A stretch of DNA of 64,000 bases from Eledone cirrhosa (taxonomy: Eukaryota), in NCBI GenBank assembly GCA_964016885.1, contig OZ024742.1:205034001-205098000 (forward strand). Reading direction: 5' to 3'. Of the stretch, positions 50,341 to 63,125 are shown piece by piece. The notes below the pieces were generated by a model. It searched no databases, was not told the DNA's origin, and saw only the letters and a list, made by a program, of their open reading frames with translations. The stretch's first letter is position 1. Each line of letters begins with the position of its first letter. Made by a program: the position numbers and the translations under genes.

Positions 50341-53300
50341 GATCAGGGGGACGTGTGGGTATGGTGTGGCGTGCGGTGGCCGGGGCGGGGGGGGGGCTCG
50401 ACCGGAAGGGGTTTTTGAGTGCTCGACCGGAAGGGGTCTTTGACCGGAAGGATGCTCGACCGGAAGGGCCAGGAGAGGGCCTCTCTCTAGTGGTGACCAG
50501 CATACGGTGAGGACGCGTTTTGGGCAGCTCCCGGTGTTAAGCAGTCGGACTCACGTGGAAGAGGAGTACCTGCAGTGGAATTTAGCAGCGAAAAGCGGTA
50601 AGTGAGATAGCTTTTTCTAACCACATCTGGGACACATCATTGACAAAGATGGTATTCGCCCACTTAAGGAGAAAGTCAAATCCATCATTGATTTTCCACA
50701 ACCTACATCTCTCCGCAAACTGCGAGAATTTCTTGGCCTGGTAAACTTCTACAGATTTATACCCCACTGTGCAGAGACAGCCCAACCACTCACAGATTTG
50801 CTGCAGCAGCGTACAACCAAAAACGCAAACATCAATCTCAGCGAAAAAGACTGTACCGCTTTTGCTGAACTGAAGAAAATGTTGTCCGAGCTATACAATG
50901 CTGAGTTACCCCAAACCTGACGCCCCAATGTGTTTATTGACTGATGCATCCGATTTCAGAGTTGGAGGTGTGCTTCAACAACTCTCTGGCGATATTTGGT
51001 GACCTGTATCTTTTTTCTCTAAGCGATTAAAACCCGCCGAAACTAAGTACAGCACATTCAGTCGTGAATTATTGGCAGCATACCTTGCTGTCAAGCATTT
51101 TCAACACATGCTAGAAGGTCGTGTTTTCTCTATATACACCGACCACAAACCACTAGTGTACGCATTCAACGCCAAGCCTGACCGACACTCACCCAGGGAG
51201 GTCCGACATCTGGACTTCATTTCTCAGTACACTACTGATATTCGGTACATTAAGGGTGCCACCAACTCAGCAGCTGATGCCCCATCACGCATGGAGCTTA
51301 ACGCAATCCACACCACTGCTACTATTGACCTCCAGAAGATTGCAGCGGATCAACAGAATGACGAGGAACTGCTGCAACTCCGGAAATCATCCTTGAAATT
51401 GCAGGAATGCCCACTGCCCTCTTCTTCGGGTTATATTTGGTGCGATATCTCCACAGGCCACAAGCGCCCATACGTGCCCCGGAAACATCGACGCAACGTT
51501 TTTCCGGCACTGCATTCTCTGGCACACTCTGGTGTCCATGCCACGCAGAAACTGATGGTTGCCCGCTTTGTGTGGCCCAACATCAATAAGGACACCCGCG
51601 AATGGGCTAGGAACTGTATCGCATGCCAGAAGGCGAAAATTCACCGGCACATCAAAGCCCCAATCGGTTCTTTCACAACACCTGGTGCACGGTTCCAACA
51701 TGTGCATATAGACATCGTTGGAGCTTTGCCTCCTTCTCACAATTACACTCATCTTCTCTTGTCGACTGATTTTCTCGCTGGCCAGAAGCTTTTCCCCTGA
51801 CGGATATTACTGCGGAAACTGTCGCCAAAACGCTAGTGTTTCACTGGGTTTTGCGGTTAGGCACACCCGCGACCATCACTACGGATAGAGGACATCAGTT
51901 CGATTCGCACCTATTTACCGAGCTGACTCGTCTCCTCGGGTGCAAACACATCCGTACAACAGCGTATCACCCTGCCGCTAACAGCATGGTAGAATGCTTC
52001 CACCACCAGCTAAAAGCATCTATCAAGGCTTACGAAGACTCCACTAACTGGTTTGAATACCTCCCACTCATTCTTCTTGGTATTCGTTCTACTGTTAAGG
52101 AGGGAGTCGGACATTCTCCGGCTGAAATGGTGTATGGCACCGTACTCATTCTACCCGGACAAATGATTGCTCCTGTTTCGCCACAAGAACTTCCAGACCC
52201 TACAAAATATGTGCACCGTTTACGGTCATCGATGCCGCATCTGTCTCCTTCAACCCCTAAACAACAGCACGTTACTTCACAAAAGACATCTATACATGGA
52301 TGCATGTTTTCGTTAGAAATGACGGTATTCCATCGCAACTTCGTCCGCCGTATTCCGGGCCCTATAAGGTGATACAGAAACGCCTTAAGTATTTCGTCCT
52401 CGACTTAAACCGGAAACGAAATACCGTCTCCATTGATCATTTTAAAAAAGCGTTCATAGAACAGGAATTGCCACCACTGCCCACCGTTTCTCCAGCAGAC
52501 TCACCAACAACTTTGCCCGACACAAACACGACAAATTCTGCACAACCCCGACACACCAAATCTGGAAGAACAGTTCGATGGCCCACGTGATACGTACAAG
52601 TTTATCGGGTAAGTACAAATTATGCATCTGGTCAACATTTCGGCTAATTTGTACATTTCAACGAATCGGCCAATTTCTGTGGTCGTGAACTATTGTTACA
52701 CACAAATCAATTAACTCTGTGCATCACCCACATCAAAAGAACAGACAAAAGAACATTTTTCCGTTTCTATGAAATGAACGAACTTTTAATCAACAAACTT
52801 TTCGTACGAACATTTTCAATTTTATGTAACATCACAGTACATTTTCCTGCATGTAAATTACTTTTGCTTTGCATGTTTTCTTTCATTTCGCCTGTTTGTC
52901 TTTCATGTGTTTTTTTTTTTGTTTTTTTTTTACTGATTTTCTTCAACAACACACCTAGTCATACCTATCTTTATTTCACATACACCTAGATCGTTCAATC
53001 TTAGCTTTCTCACTGGAAGGGTGGTACTATAACGGCGGCGAAGATTCGAAACCGAATCTGAGCTTTCCCACCTCTGGGACAAGCCATGGTAAGTTGTTTA
53101 CGCTCAAGAGGGAGAGGCTAAACACAGGTCAGAGGTGTTTACGCCTAGCAGAAAATAGGTCAGAGGATATATCCATCTTTCTGACTTGTTTACGCTTGGC
53201 AAACTAATCCCTTGGGAGACGCTAACCGAAGTTCAGAGGATATATCTATCCTTCTAACTTCAACCCTTGTAAATGCAGGGGTTATTTATGCCCCGGCAGA

Positions 53301-53487
53301 AAAGAAGTGATATACAGACAAGACAAGTGGCATTTACAAGCTCTCGTCACGAAATACCAGCCTGTCACTTATTCATTTCTGTTTATTCACGTTGTATCTT
53401 TCGGATGCAGTACAAATTATATTATAATCTTATTCTGTGATACTTGTATTTACGTGGCTCGAAGAGCCACCAAATTATTGTACGAAT

Positions 53488-53875
53488 TGTAGTGACTACA
53501 TCCCGCGGGCTCACATACATTTTCTGTGCGTGATTTGGCTCAGCTCAACCAATCAGCGCCAGTAGAAGAGAATGTATCTCTACGCGCCCCGAGGGAAAAG
53601 TTCCCGCGTTGATTTGAAGAATCAGCCTCTCGCTTCCTGTTTGTGAAAAGGTAAACACCTAACTTTCTTTCGTCGTGAAATCACTAGCCAACATGTAACA
53701 CAACTTAACCACGGCCTGGCAACACTTCAGTCAGTGGACCGTGTCTTCTGAATTCCTTAATTCGTTCTTTCATCTCTCTTGGCACGTCAGCTATTCAGCT
53801 CTACTCAGCTCAATCTTCGTAAATAAATATTGTACATGCAGCCCTCAGTCACCATGTTATAATTGGTGACCCCGA
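53488..53875 (+). mobile_element. Gypsy LTR with tRNA-Trp PBS, internal region lost
   Basis: TGTAGTGAC...GTCACCATGTTATA (53488-53861), then TGGTGACCCCGA (53864-53875), complementary to the tRNA-Trp 3' end used by CsRN1-type elements. Confidence 0.75.
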
Positions 53876-54000
53876 GAAAAAAATAATAGGAAGGGTGTTG
53901 TGTGAATATGGAAATTAGAAAATTAATTAGCTGTATTTCAAAAAAGAAAAAATTCCTCTAACAACATTTCACAATGGATTTTTTCTCCGAAACTGTCTAC

Positions 54001-54649
54001 GGCATAGGTTAAGAATAACGTCCGCGAAAATGAAAGTGAATTTTCTGACAAGTGAATGTGTTTTTGTTTTTTTTTATAGTGAAAGTTACGATACACTCTT
54101 TGTTTATTTACAACAGGTCTCTATAGTGATATGGTGTTAATTAGTATTGCGTGTGTGATTATTTTCTCTTATATATATATGTGTGGGTGTGTATATATAT
54201 GTGTGTCTGTATGTATATATATATATATGTGTGTTTGTATATATATATGTTTTTGTGTCATCATCATCGTTTAGATGTTTTTACCCAAATCCCTTATCAT
54301 TCTCTGTCCTTCTTATGACCCGGCCTTAATTTGTTTATAGTTGGTGCCAACTTTGGCAAGATATTACAAAAACATCTAAACGATGATGATGACACAAACA
54401 CATATATATATACAAACACACATATATATATATATACATACAGACACACATATATATACACACCCACACATATATATATAAGAGAAAATAATCACACACG
54501 CAATACTAATTAACACCATATCACTATAGAGACCTGTTGTAAATAAACAAAGAGTGTATCGTAACTTTCATTGTAAAAAAAAAAAAAAACACATTCACTT
54601 GTCAGAAAATTCACTTTCATTTTCGCGGACGTTATTCTTAACCTATGCC
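54001..54649. mobile_element. Mutator-like fold-back element (282-bp TIRs, 9-bp TSD)
   Basis: GGCATAGG.../...CCTATGCC; arms 54001-54282 and 54368-54649; TSD ACTGTCTAC at 53992-54000 and 54650-54658. Confidence 0.85.
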
Positions 54650-54749
54650 ACTGTCTACAACGAAAAATATAGGTAATCTTTTTCTCAGCAGCAAACAAAC
54701 AAGAAAAAGGTGAAGAACAAAATTTGTTCTTGTTTGTTTGATTACTGGT

Positions 54750-55205
54750 TGATTACCAGTGCATTACTGGTGCTTTATTTTATCGACCCTGTAAGGATGA
54801 GAGGCAAAGATAACCCCGGCGAGATTTGAACTTAGAACTTAAAGGGCCATAACACTAAGCATAGTGTCCGACACTCTACCGATACTGCCAATCAATAATA
54901 ATTGTTTCTACTTTTGGCACAAGGCCAGCAATTACCCAGTGTGTTACTGGTGCTTTATTTTATCGACCCCGTAAGGATGAAAGGCAAAGTTAACCTCGGC
55001 GGGATTTGAACTCAGGATGGCAAGGACCGTAACTGTATGCATCAAAGCATGGCGTCCAACCCTAATAATGATTTCTAATTAATGCACAAAACCAGCAATA
55101 TATGAAGAGGGGTATAAGTTTATTATATCGACCCCAGTACTTTATTTTATCAATCCCAGAAGGATGAAAGGCAATGTTGAATTCAGTGGGATTTGAGCTC
55201 AGAAC
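54750..55205 (-). mobile_element. Cluster of three Meta-type SINEs
   Basis: Repeated tttattttatcgacccc..aaggatgaaaggcaaag..gggatttgaactcag. Confidence 0.78.
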
Positions 55206-56744
55206 ATAGAGAAAAAAAGCTGGGATTAACACATTAAAACATTCCCTTCTGTCCTAAAGACTGGACCCTGGGCTAACCAACCAACTGACTAGCCAGTCGT
55301 GCCAATCCACCACCCTCACCCAAAACAATGATAATACATTGATGAGAAATGGTTTAACAGCTGTGAAAAGGACATAAAAAAATCATGCCATTTATGATAG
55401 GTAGTTAAGCATTAAGAAATAGTGGCCTGTTTATTATCTGTGTCTGAGATAAATCTAGTCACTTATGTTAAATACTTGACCTTTTAATAGGGACAATTTG
55501 TCACCTATATTATATGATTATATGATTAACTATTTAGTTTAACCCTGAGAAGGCAACAACAAAACTATCAAAATGAGTTGTTGTTGTTGCTGGTGGTGGT
55601 GGTCTGTAGCCTCAGCTCAATATGTGTATACGTGTGAACGTCTATGTGTGTATGAATGTGAATGTCTATGTGTGTATGTATGTTGTGTATATATGTGTGT
55701 GTGTGTCTGCACATGTGTCTATAAGAGTGATTGTTGTCACAGAAGAAGTAAGTTAGAATTTATGTGAACATTAGACAGTTTTATGAAGATAAGATTGTCT
55801 TCCAATTGTTAGAAATAGCAGCTAAATCTCACTCTATACTTTTCAGAAGGGGCACATTAGATAAGGTGGTCGTCAAATTGTTAGAAATAGCAGCCAAATC
55901 TCACTCTCCTCTCTTCAGAAGGGACGCATTGAATAAGGTGGTCGTGGAACTCCACTCGCATGTAGAGTGCACTGTGCAGGCTTCCTTCAGAGGATGCATG
56001 ACTCAGTCTTTGCAGCACTGATTTTCCTTCCAGCTGTGCTGCGTTCAGCATCAAACCTATCAAGCGCATGTCAGAGACCCCCTTCTAATGAGTTGTGATA
56101 TTACTTCCAACACAATTGCACATGCAAATAATAAACAGGAGAGGTGACAGTATGCACCATTGGCAAAGTCCAACTCCCACTTTGAATGGTTTCAATTTAA
56201 TACTATTTATCTAAACACAAATACTAGGGTATTCGTACAGTGACATCAGAGCAACAAGAAACTGCCCATCAATCCAATACTCCCAATATTCAAGGGAGAT
56301 TGCACTAATTATAGAGGGATCATCCTTGTTAAATCTCCCCAGTAAAGTCTATGCAAAGTATCTGGTAAAGAGATATAGGAATATTGTCAAGTCAAGCTAA
56401 CTGATGAATACAGCACAGTCATCCAAATATGCACAATGCGGCTGGTCTTTGAAAAATAGCGGGAGTATTGCCACAAACTGAAGGGTTCTCTCAACCCCTT
56501 GTTTGGCAAGCTCTCTATGTCTGCATGCCATTCCTAACCCCAACTATTTTACAACATGTACTGGGGGGTGGGGGCGGAGGTTATTCTGTAGATCACCGAC
56601 ACTAGGAAGGTTGTCATGTCCTAGACACAACTAAAGGGTCCTCCCAACCCTTTGTTTGGCAAGCTTTCTATGGCTGGATGCTCTTCTTATCACCAACCAT
56701 TTTACAGCATGAACTGGGTGCATTTCTCTGGGGCCTCAGACAAC

Positions 56745-57540
56745 AAGGACAATTTCAGGCCAGAATGCAAGACTCATAAGAAGCGCTTGGGTGCTACCAG
56801 GATGCCTGAGGTCATTGCTAACATTGCTGAGGTTGTCAAGGAGAATCCCAGCAAAATCAGCAAGGAAATGGGCACCAGCAGGCAAACAATCAAGCATATT
56901 GTCAAGGAGGACTTGAATTATAGATTTTATGTGTTCAAGAGGCACTACTTGCTCACCGAACTGAAGAAGAAGGGAGGAAGCTGAAGGCATCATTCCTGAT
57001 CAAATACCATGAGCACCGGGATGCTGAGGTTCTTTTTCAATGAGAACTTTGTCCAGGACATAAAACCGAACCAACAGAATGACTGGTGGTTGGCTGAGGC
57101 CTCTGACAAAGAGCCTATCGTTATGCACTTGAAGTAACCAGCCCACATCATGGTACTTGGCGTCATTAGCAGCAAGGAGGATGTTATAGAGCCAGTCTTC
57201 GTCCCCAAGGGCCTCTGCCTCGGTGCCAATGACTACATGAGGCTCCTGGACAAGCATGTCAAGCACTGGATAGACAAGGTGGTTAATGGAAGGTCCTACG
57301 CCTGTCAACAGGACTCTGCCTCCTCCCACAAAACCAGAACCACCCAGGCCTGGCTCTTTGCCACCTGACTTATGGCTCCCCCTCATCGTCAGACTGTAAT
57401 CCTCTCGACTATTTTGTGTGGGGTGTCATGGAGAGGGAGGTGAACAGCAGGCCCTACAACACCAACAAGGCTATAACGGCAGCCATCAGCGACAACATGG
57501 ACAGGGACGCCATCACTAAGGCTTGCTCCAGCTTCTGGTC
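56745..57540 (+). pseudogene. Tc1/mariner (DDxD) transposase remnant
   Basis: NQQNDWWL, MVLGVISS, QQDSASSH and SSDCNPLDYFVWG motifs; stops and deletions. Confidence 0.8.
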
Positions 57541-57604
57541 CACATCTAGTGATTTTTGTACCTTGTATATGTGCTTAACTGTGTATAAAGTTTCAATGAA
57601 ATAT

Positions 57605-58436
57605 ATTAATCTCTATCTGTCTGCTGTCTGTCTGTTCCTATGCATTCTCAAATGGCTGGACCAAATCAAATCAAATTTTACAAGATAATAGTATTAGACC
57701 TTGGGAGTGTCAACATGTCATTTTTATTTTCATTTGGATTAAAACAATATAACATTTTATCTAAAATAATATTTCTAGAGTGAACTATAGTAAACCACCA
57801 CCACGACTATGACGATGACCTTCACATTTTGTATATGAGTGTGTATGTGTCTGTGAGTGTGTGTGTTTGCGAGTTTGTTGCGTACGTTAGGCCTCAGAGA
57901 ATTAAACACACACACACATCTACACAAACATATAGCTTTAGTAAGTTGCATATATATTATCTTCACACACAGACAATTAAACACACACACATCTACACAT
58001 ACAGATACATGTGATGACAGACAGGTGTGCATGAATGTATGTCTGTGTGTGTCTGTATCAGTATATGTGAGTGTGTTTGAGAGTGTATGTGTGTTAATTT
58101 TATTTTATTTTAGTGTAGCGACTGTAAAAAAAAGGCGTGAATGTATGTCTGTGTGTGTCTGTATGTGAGAGTGTATGTGTGTGAGCGTGTAGCAACAATT
58201 TGTTCATTTGGACACCAACAAAAAATTACACAATGAATATTGTTTACCCTGAGGTGCTTCAAGAGTGACAGATTTTCATTTCTAAATTCTATTATCATTA
58301 TAATTTTGAAATTTTTTTAATAAAATATAGATATTTTAAAATAATTATGAGAAAAAAAAACATATCTTCATATTTATTGTTTATTAATCTGAACAAGATC
58401 AGCAGTAACCCGGGCAACGCCAGGTAATTCAGCTAG
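57605..58436 (+). mobile_element. Non-autonomous Helitron-like element
   Basis: 3' hairpin CCCGGGCAACGCCAGG followed by CTAG|T at 58433-58437; candidate 5' part tctatctgtctg...gtctgtctgttcc..ggctggacc; internal microsatellites. The 5' boundary is uncertain. Confidence 0.55.
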
Positions 58437-58520
58437 TTTGTTATATAAAAAACGCTGTTTTTATTATCCATTAATTTTTACCGGATTTATCTACACCACA
58501 CTGTATATATATAAATATAT

Positions 58521-59030
58521 ATGAAGGATGACAGCTGCATAAAAAGGTGCAGAGCACTAGAAGTCGATGGAAACCGTGGAGTGGGGAGACCCAAGAAGAC
58601 CTGGGATGAGGTGATAAAAGCCGACCTTACCCAATTACACCTCTCAAAGGTGATGACACACGACCATGACCTCTGGCGTCACGCAGTAATACAGAATACC
58701 CAACACCCCATGGGTACAAGCCGAAGCTGAAGCATATAGACCATATGCCCCCACACCCTCCCACTGCAAAGTGGTCGTGGGGGTACCACGGCAAAAAAGC
58801 ACCCAGCCCACACTGTAAAGTAGACGTGTAGGTGCCATGGAAAAAAAGCACCCAGAACTCACTGTAAATGAGGTTGGTGTTAGGAAGGACATCCAGCTGT
58901 AGAAACCAAGCCAGAATCAGTTCCTGTATGAGCAAGACATGGACAGCCATCCGCACACTGCCTACAACAGGACAACCCGTCTAACCCATGCTAGTGTGGA
59001 AGAACGGACGTAAAACGGTGATGATGATGA
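58521..59030 (+). mobile_element. RTE 3' fragment with (GAT)n tail
   Basis: MKDDSCIKRCRALEVDGNRGVGRPKKTWDEV resembles the end of the 4793-5191 ORF. Confidence 0.8.
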
Positions 59031-59359
59031 TATAATATATATATATATATATAAACATACACGCTGATGTCTGTATGAGTGTGATGATAAGTACTGATGT
59101 ATACATAAAAGTTTTTTGTGCATGTACAATACTGAAAGAGACCTGATGGTGTCTCATAGAAGTAGAGTGATGGTCACATGACAATAAAATGTCATTGTTT
59201 CAGCTGTCTTTATTCCCAGACACTGTATATCTTCAATCACAACTTACTATGGAATGTCAATACACAATATCTTCTGATATTACTGACTTCTGTTATTGCT
59301 TGATAATTGGGGTCATCTAATTAGTTGATTAGTTTCTTATTGTTATTAGTAATTAGTTG

Positions 59360-59778
59360 AGGGTTGTGGATTAGCAATATCGGTAGAGTGTCATACAACA
59401 TGCTTTGTGCCATGCTGTTAAGGCCCTTTATGTTCTGAGTTGAAATCCCACCAAGGTTAGCTCTGCCTTTCATCCTTATGGGGTCAATAAAATAAAGTAC
59501 TAGTAATGCACTGGGGTCAATTTAATCAACTTTCCCCCTCTCCCAAAATTGTTGGCTTTGTGCCTAAATCAGAAACCATTATTATTATCATTATTGGCAG
59601 TATCGGTAGAGAGTCGGACGCCATGCTTTCCAGCATAGAGTTACGTCCCTTTACGGACTGAGTTCAAATCATGTCGAGGTTAACTTTGCCTTTCATCCTT
59701 ATGGGGTCGATAAAATAAAGTACCAGTAATGTACTGGGTAATTGCTGGCTTTGTGCCAACAGTAGAAACAATTATTAC
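59360..59778 (+). mobile_element. Two tandem Meta-type SINEs
   Basis: Same head, core and tail as 6277-6682. Confidence 0.78.
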
Positions 59779-59779
59779 T

Positions 59780-61870
59780 TTGTCACTCTGTGTAGATGGA
59801 AAATGCACCAAAATATTTAGTCATGTTGAAACATGACTAAATATTTAGTGAGCCACATGTTGAAACATGACTAAATATTTAGTGAGCCACAAGGACCTCA
59901 GACACATAATACTTTCCTTAAAATGTGCGCAATGCCTGGCAATGATTATTTTTTTAATGACAACAATCTTGCATGGTACTCCTAACCTCTTTAAGAAGCC
60001 TTGGAGTTTCAATGGGAATAACCCTAATGCTCTGGTATCACTTCCACATTACTCTCTTGCATTCCAAACAGTCTTGCCAGCTCCAGCTTTAATTCAGAGT
60101 ACTTGGTAATTTTTTCAATCTCCTTATTCGCAATATTCGTGTCATTTGGTATGTCTATGTCTATAATCTGACAGTATTTGTCTCTCTTGTTCATTATGAC
60201 AATGTCCAGTTGGTGATGCTCAATTACTGTGAGTCTGAAAATCTTAATCCCAAAATATCGTTGCTTTCCTATTCTCCTGCATTATCTTATACCAATTCTT
60301 CGTGGTGGATTGGCAGTATCGGTAGAGGGTCGGATGCCATGCTTTGATGCATAGAGTTACGGTCCTTGTCATTCTGAGTTCAAATCCCGCTGAGGTTAAC
60401 TTTGCCTTTCATCCTTACGGGGTCGATAAAATAAAGTACCAGTACTGGGTAATTGCTGGCCTTGTGCCAATAGTAGAAACAATTATCTTATACCAATTCT
60501 TCGTATTGGTATTTACAACTTTACAGTCAATTAAGATACAAAAAGACCTTATCATGGCGGCATTTGTGGGTTACATTTTCCGCATTCTTTTCACAGAGCT
60601 TGCATTTCTGGGTGTCAGAAGTTTTGTAGATGTTATACTTCATATAATTGGTAACGAGAGCTTGATCTTGTGCTGCAATTATAAGGCTTTCAGTGGTACA
60701 CTTCATATCACCTTGCTTAAGCAATGTCCATGTTGTTGTTTTATCCTTGGTATCTTGTGTATTTCTTTCAAACTGACCATGCATTTATATTTCCAGATCT
60801 TCTCTTCTCTACAACTCTTCCTTACCACCCATATTATTTCCTTTTATATCAATATCTTCTGCTGCATATTGTAATAACTCTTTATCACTGTTTACCAAAT
60901 ATTCTGCAAGCATTCTCCTTTCACTCCTTATACAATGATCCAAGCTGATAAGGCTTCTGCCACCATTCTTTCTCTTCATGTACAATCTGTTTATATTTGC
61001 TTTAGGATGTAGAGCTCCATACAATGTCATTAACTTTCTCATTTTTCTATCTAACTTTGATATTTCTTCTTCATTCCACCTGAGAATGGATGCTCTATAT
61101 CTAACCACTGCAACTGCCCAGTTATTCATTGCAGTAACTAGATTTCTCACATTCAGGTTAGACTTTAAAATCCTTTATACACTTTTTAAATATGTCTCTC
61201 TAGCCTTTTCTTTCATTTCTGCATGTAAAATGTCATCCAGTTCTAAAATCCTTAAATACTTGTATCCATTATCTTCTGGTTCCCCCATTTTTTCTCCTGA
61301 AGGCAGCCATAATCCACTACAGGCTGCTTTCTTCCCTCTTGAGTGTAGAGTATTTGGAAATCCCAAATTCTATACGGATATCACTGCTATATATCTGGAC
61401 TATCAGCCATAAACAAAAAATGGTTTATGAATGGGCCTTTCTTTCCACATTGGTAACCCATTTTAACATTCCTAAGTGTCAATGTTAAAGGTATCAATGC
61501 TATGACAAATAGTAATGGTGAAGATACCCCTTTTAATTTCTACTCTAGCATACTATTCAGAAGGAAATTTATGATGTTCTAAGCAATACCAAATGGCAGG
61601 CATTCAACAATCCAAGAACGAGGCACCATATCATATGCTTTCTTAAATTCAATCAAGCCATAGACATGCTGGTATGATATTTTTTTTACAATACCACAAG
61701 ACTGTTTTATTTATCATCAGGTGTTCTTTGGTACCATCAGATCTTCTACATTCTTTTTGTTCCCTTGGTAATATTCCGTCTGTAAAACAAAAGTATATAC
61801 CTTCTCTGCAAATAACCAAGTCAGTACCATCCATATTATGTTCAGGTATGCTATAGGTGGGTAATTTCCC
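59780..61870 (-). mobile_element. R4/Dong-clade non-LTR retrotransposon remnant (RT, Zn knuckle, restriction-like endonuclease)
   Basis: HPKANINRLYMKRKNGGRSL, MHGQF, TESLIIAAQDQAL, KCKLC...ENVTH and DIVI...IIDI..P.D...EK..KY motifs. Confidence 0.8.
60304..60481 (+). mobile_element. Meta-type SINE with 23-bp TSD, inserted in the R4/Dong remnant
   Basis: TSD ATTATCTTATACCAATTCTTCGT at 60281-60303 and 60482-60504. Confidence 0.9.
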
Positions 61871-61874
61871 ATAG

Positions 61875-62070
61875 CTGGATTGGCAGTATTGGTAGAGAGA
61901 GGGTCAGACGCTATGCTTTGACGCATAGAGTTACGGCTGGCCCTTACCATTCTGAGTTCGGATCCTGCCGAGGTTAACTTTGACTTTCATCCTTACGAGG
62001 TCGATAAAATAAAGTACCAGTAATCCATTGGCTAATTGCTGGCCTTGTGCCAAAAGTAGAAACAATTATT
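61875..62070 (+). mobile_element. Meta-type SINE
   Basis: Same family as 60304-60481. Confidence 0.78.
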
Positions 62071-62580
62071 ATCCACTTGTCGTACAGCATTTGTTTCTGG
62101 TACCAGCTGTCCACAACCAGTGGAATGAAGTGACACCTTCAATTGTCAAGCACTTTTCTGAGTATCCTGGCAGTTCCAAAGAGTGAACATTGAAGAAAGC
62201 AGACACAAGAGTCTAATGTTGCTCAAAGTCAACTCATAGATTGTTATGATCATGGATCAGTGACATTGTTGTATTTACACTTGAAAAAAATGGAAGGCAC
62301 TGCATTACTTGGCAGATAAAAACTTCTAATCAACCAGCCAAGTTCACATTGTTGACATTAGAATTGATGTTACAATGTTATTTCATGTTCTGTGTTTGTC
62401 TCTAAAAATATCAGTCAAATCTTTTTGTGTTAATCTCATTTTGAAATCCTTAATCTCACTTTGAATTAGTAAAGGCTCACTTTAAACTAAGATGTCCTCA
62501 ACAATAGGGAGAATATGAAGGATGAACTGGGATGGCAAAATGTTGAGTACAATAAGATGCAAGAAAAAAAAGATTCCCAA

Positions 62581-62775
62581 TAATAATAATTGTTTCTATT
62601 TTTGGCACAAGGCCAGCAATTACCCAGTACATTACTGGTACTTCATTTTATCGACCCCATAAGGATGAAAGGCAAAGTTAACCTCAGCGGGATTTGAACT
62701 CAGAATGGCAAGGACCGTAACTCTATGCATCAAAGCATGGCGTCCGACCCTCTACCGATACTGTCAATCCACTGC
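62581..62775 (-). mobile_element. Meta-type SINE
   Basis: Reverse complement of the 60304 family; (TAA)n tail. Confidence 0.8.
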
Positions 62776-62789
62776 CCAATAATAATAAT

Positions 62790-63125
62790 AATGAAAATTA
62801 TTGTGTACAGTGCTCAGGTGCACTACAACTCATCAAAGGTGCATGTATAGTACATAGAATAATGTACAAATGTGAGGATACATACGAGCATGTGTGAGTA
62901 AGGAGGGGCAATATCAGGTATAGTGTTGGTTAATTTCGGGAATCATGGAAGCTTTGAAGGATGCAGTGTCCTAACAGCTAACAACTGATACAGATAGTTT
63001 GTTCCATGCTTCAGCAACTCTGAGCATGAAAAAACGTTTCTGAAAGTCATGGGAACTGTACTGTTTTCTGATTTTGTAAGCATGTCCATGGGTGTTCACA
63101 CATGGAATTCAAAAAGGTGCTCAAG
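62790..63125 (-). mobile_element. CR1/L2-type LINE 3' fragment
   Basis: Minus strand FRNVFSC/FFMLRVAEAWNKL..SVV...TASFK resembles the F..RV...WN.LP..VV...FK C-terminal motif. Confidence 0.6.

Larger units (their letters stand above)
46595..50625 (+). mobile_element. Divergent GC-rich LTR retrotransposon (gag, PR-RT-RH-IN) with non-canonical PBS
   Basis: LTRs 46595-46888 and 50354-50625 (TG...CA); 5-bp TSD TCTGG (46590-46594, 50626-50630); PPT-like gagatcaggggg before the 3' LTR. Confidence 0.95.
44750..53480 (+). mobile_element. Ty3/Gypsy CsRN1-lineage element B (5' LTR lost), split by a nested LTR element
   Basis: Gag LGDKKPTQLLRRM...CWYHQKFGRRAQKCSHPC; LVDTGA; RT YIDD...HFL|GHIIDKDG interrupted at 46594/50626; RH and IN to 52590; PPT-like ggaagggtgg before a 3' LTR at ~53028-53480. 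Confidence 0.88.

Noticed and set aside
48737-50503. Long antisense ORFs in the GC-rich LTR element
   Set aside because: Expected shadows of GC-rich coding sequence; no motifs.
55798-55945. ~75-bp tandem duplication (and short duplications at ~12410 and ~59820)
   Set aside because: Simple local duplications with no further structure.
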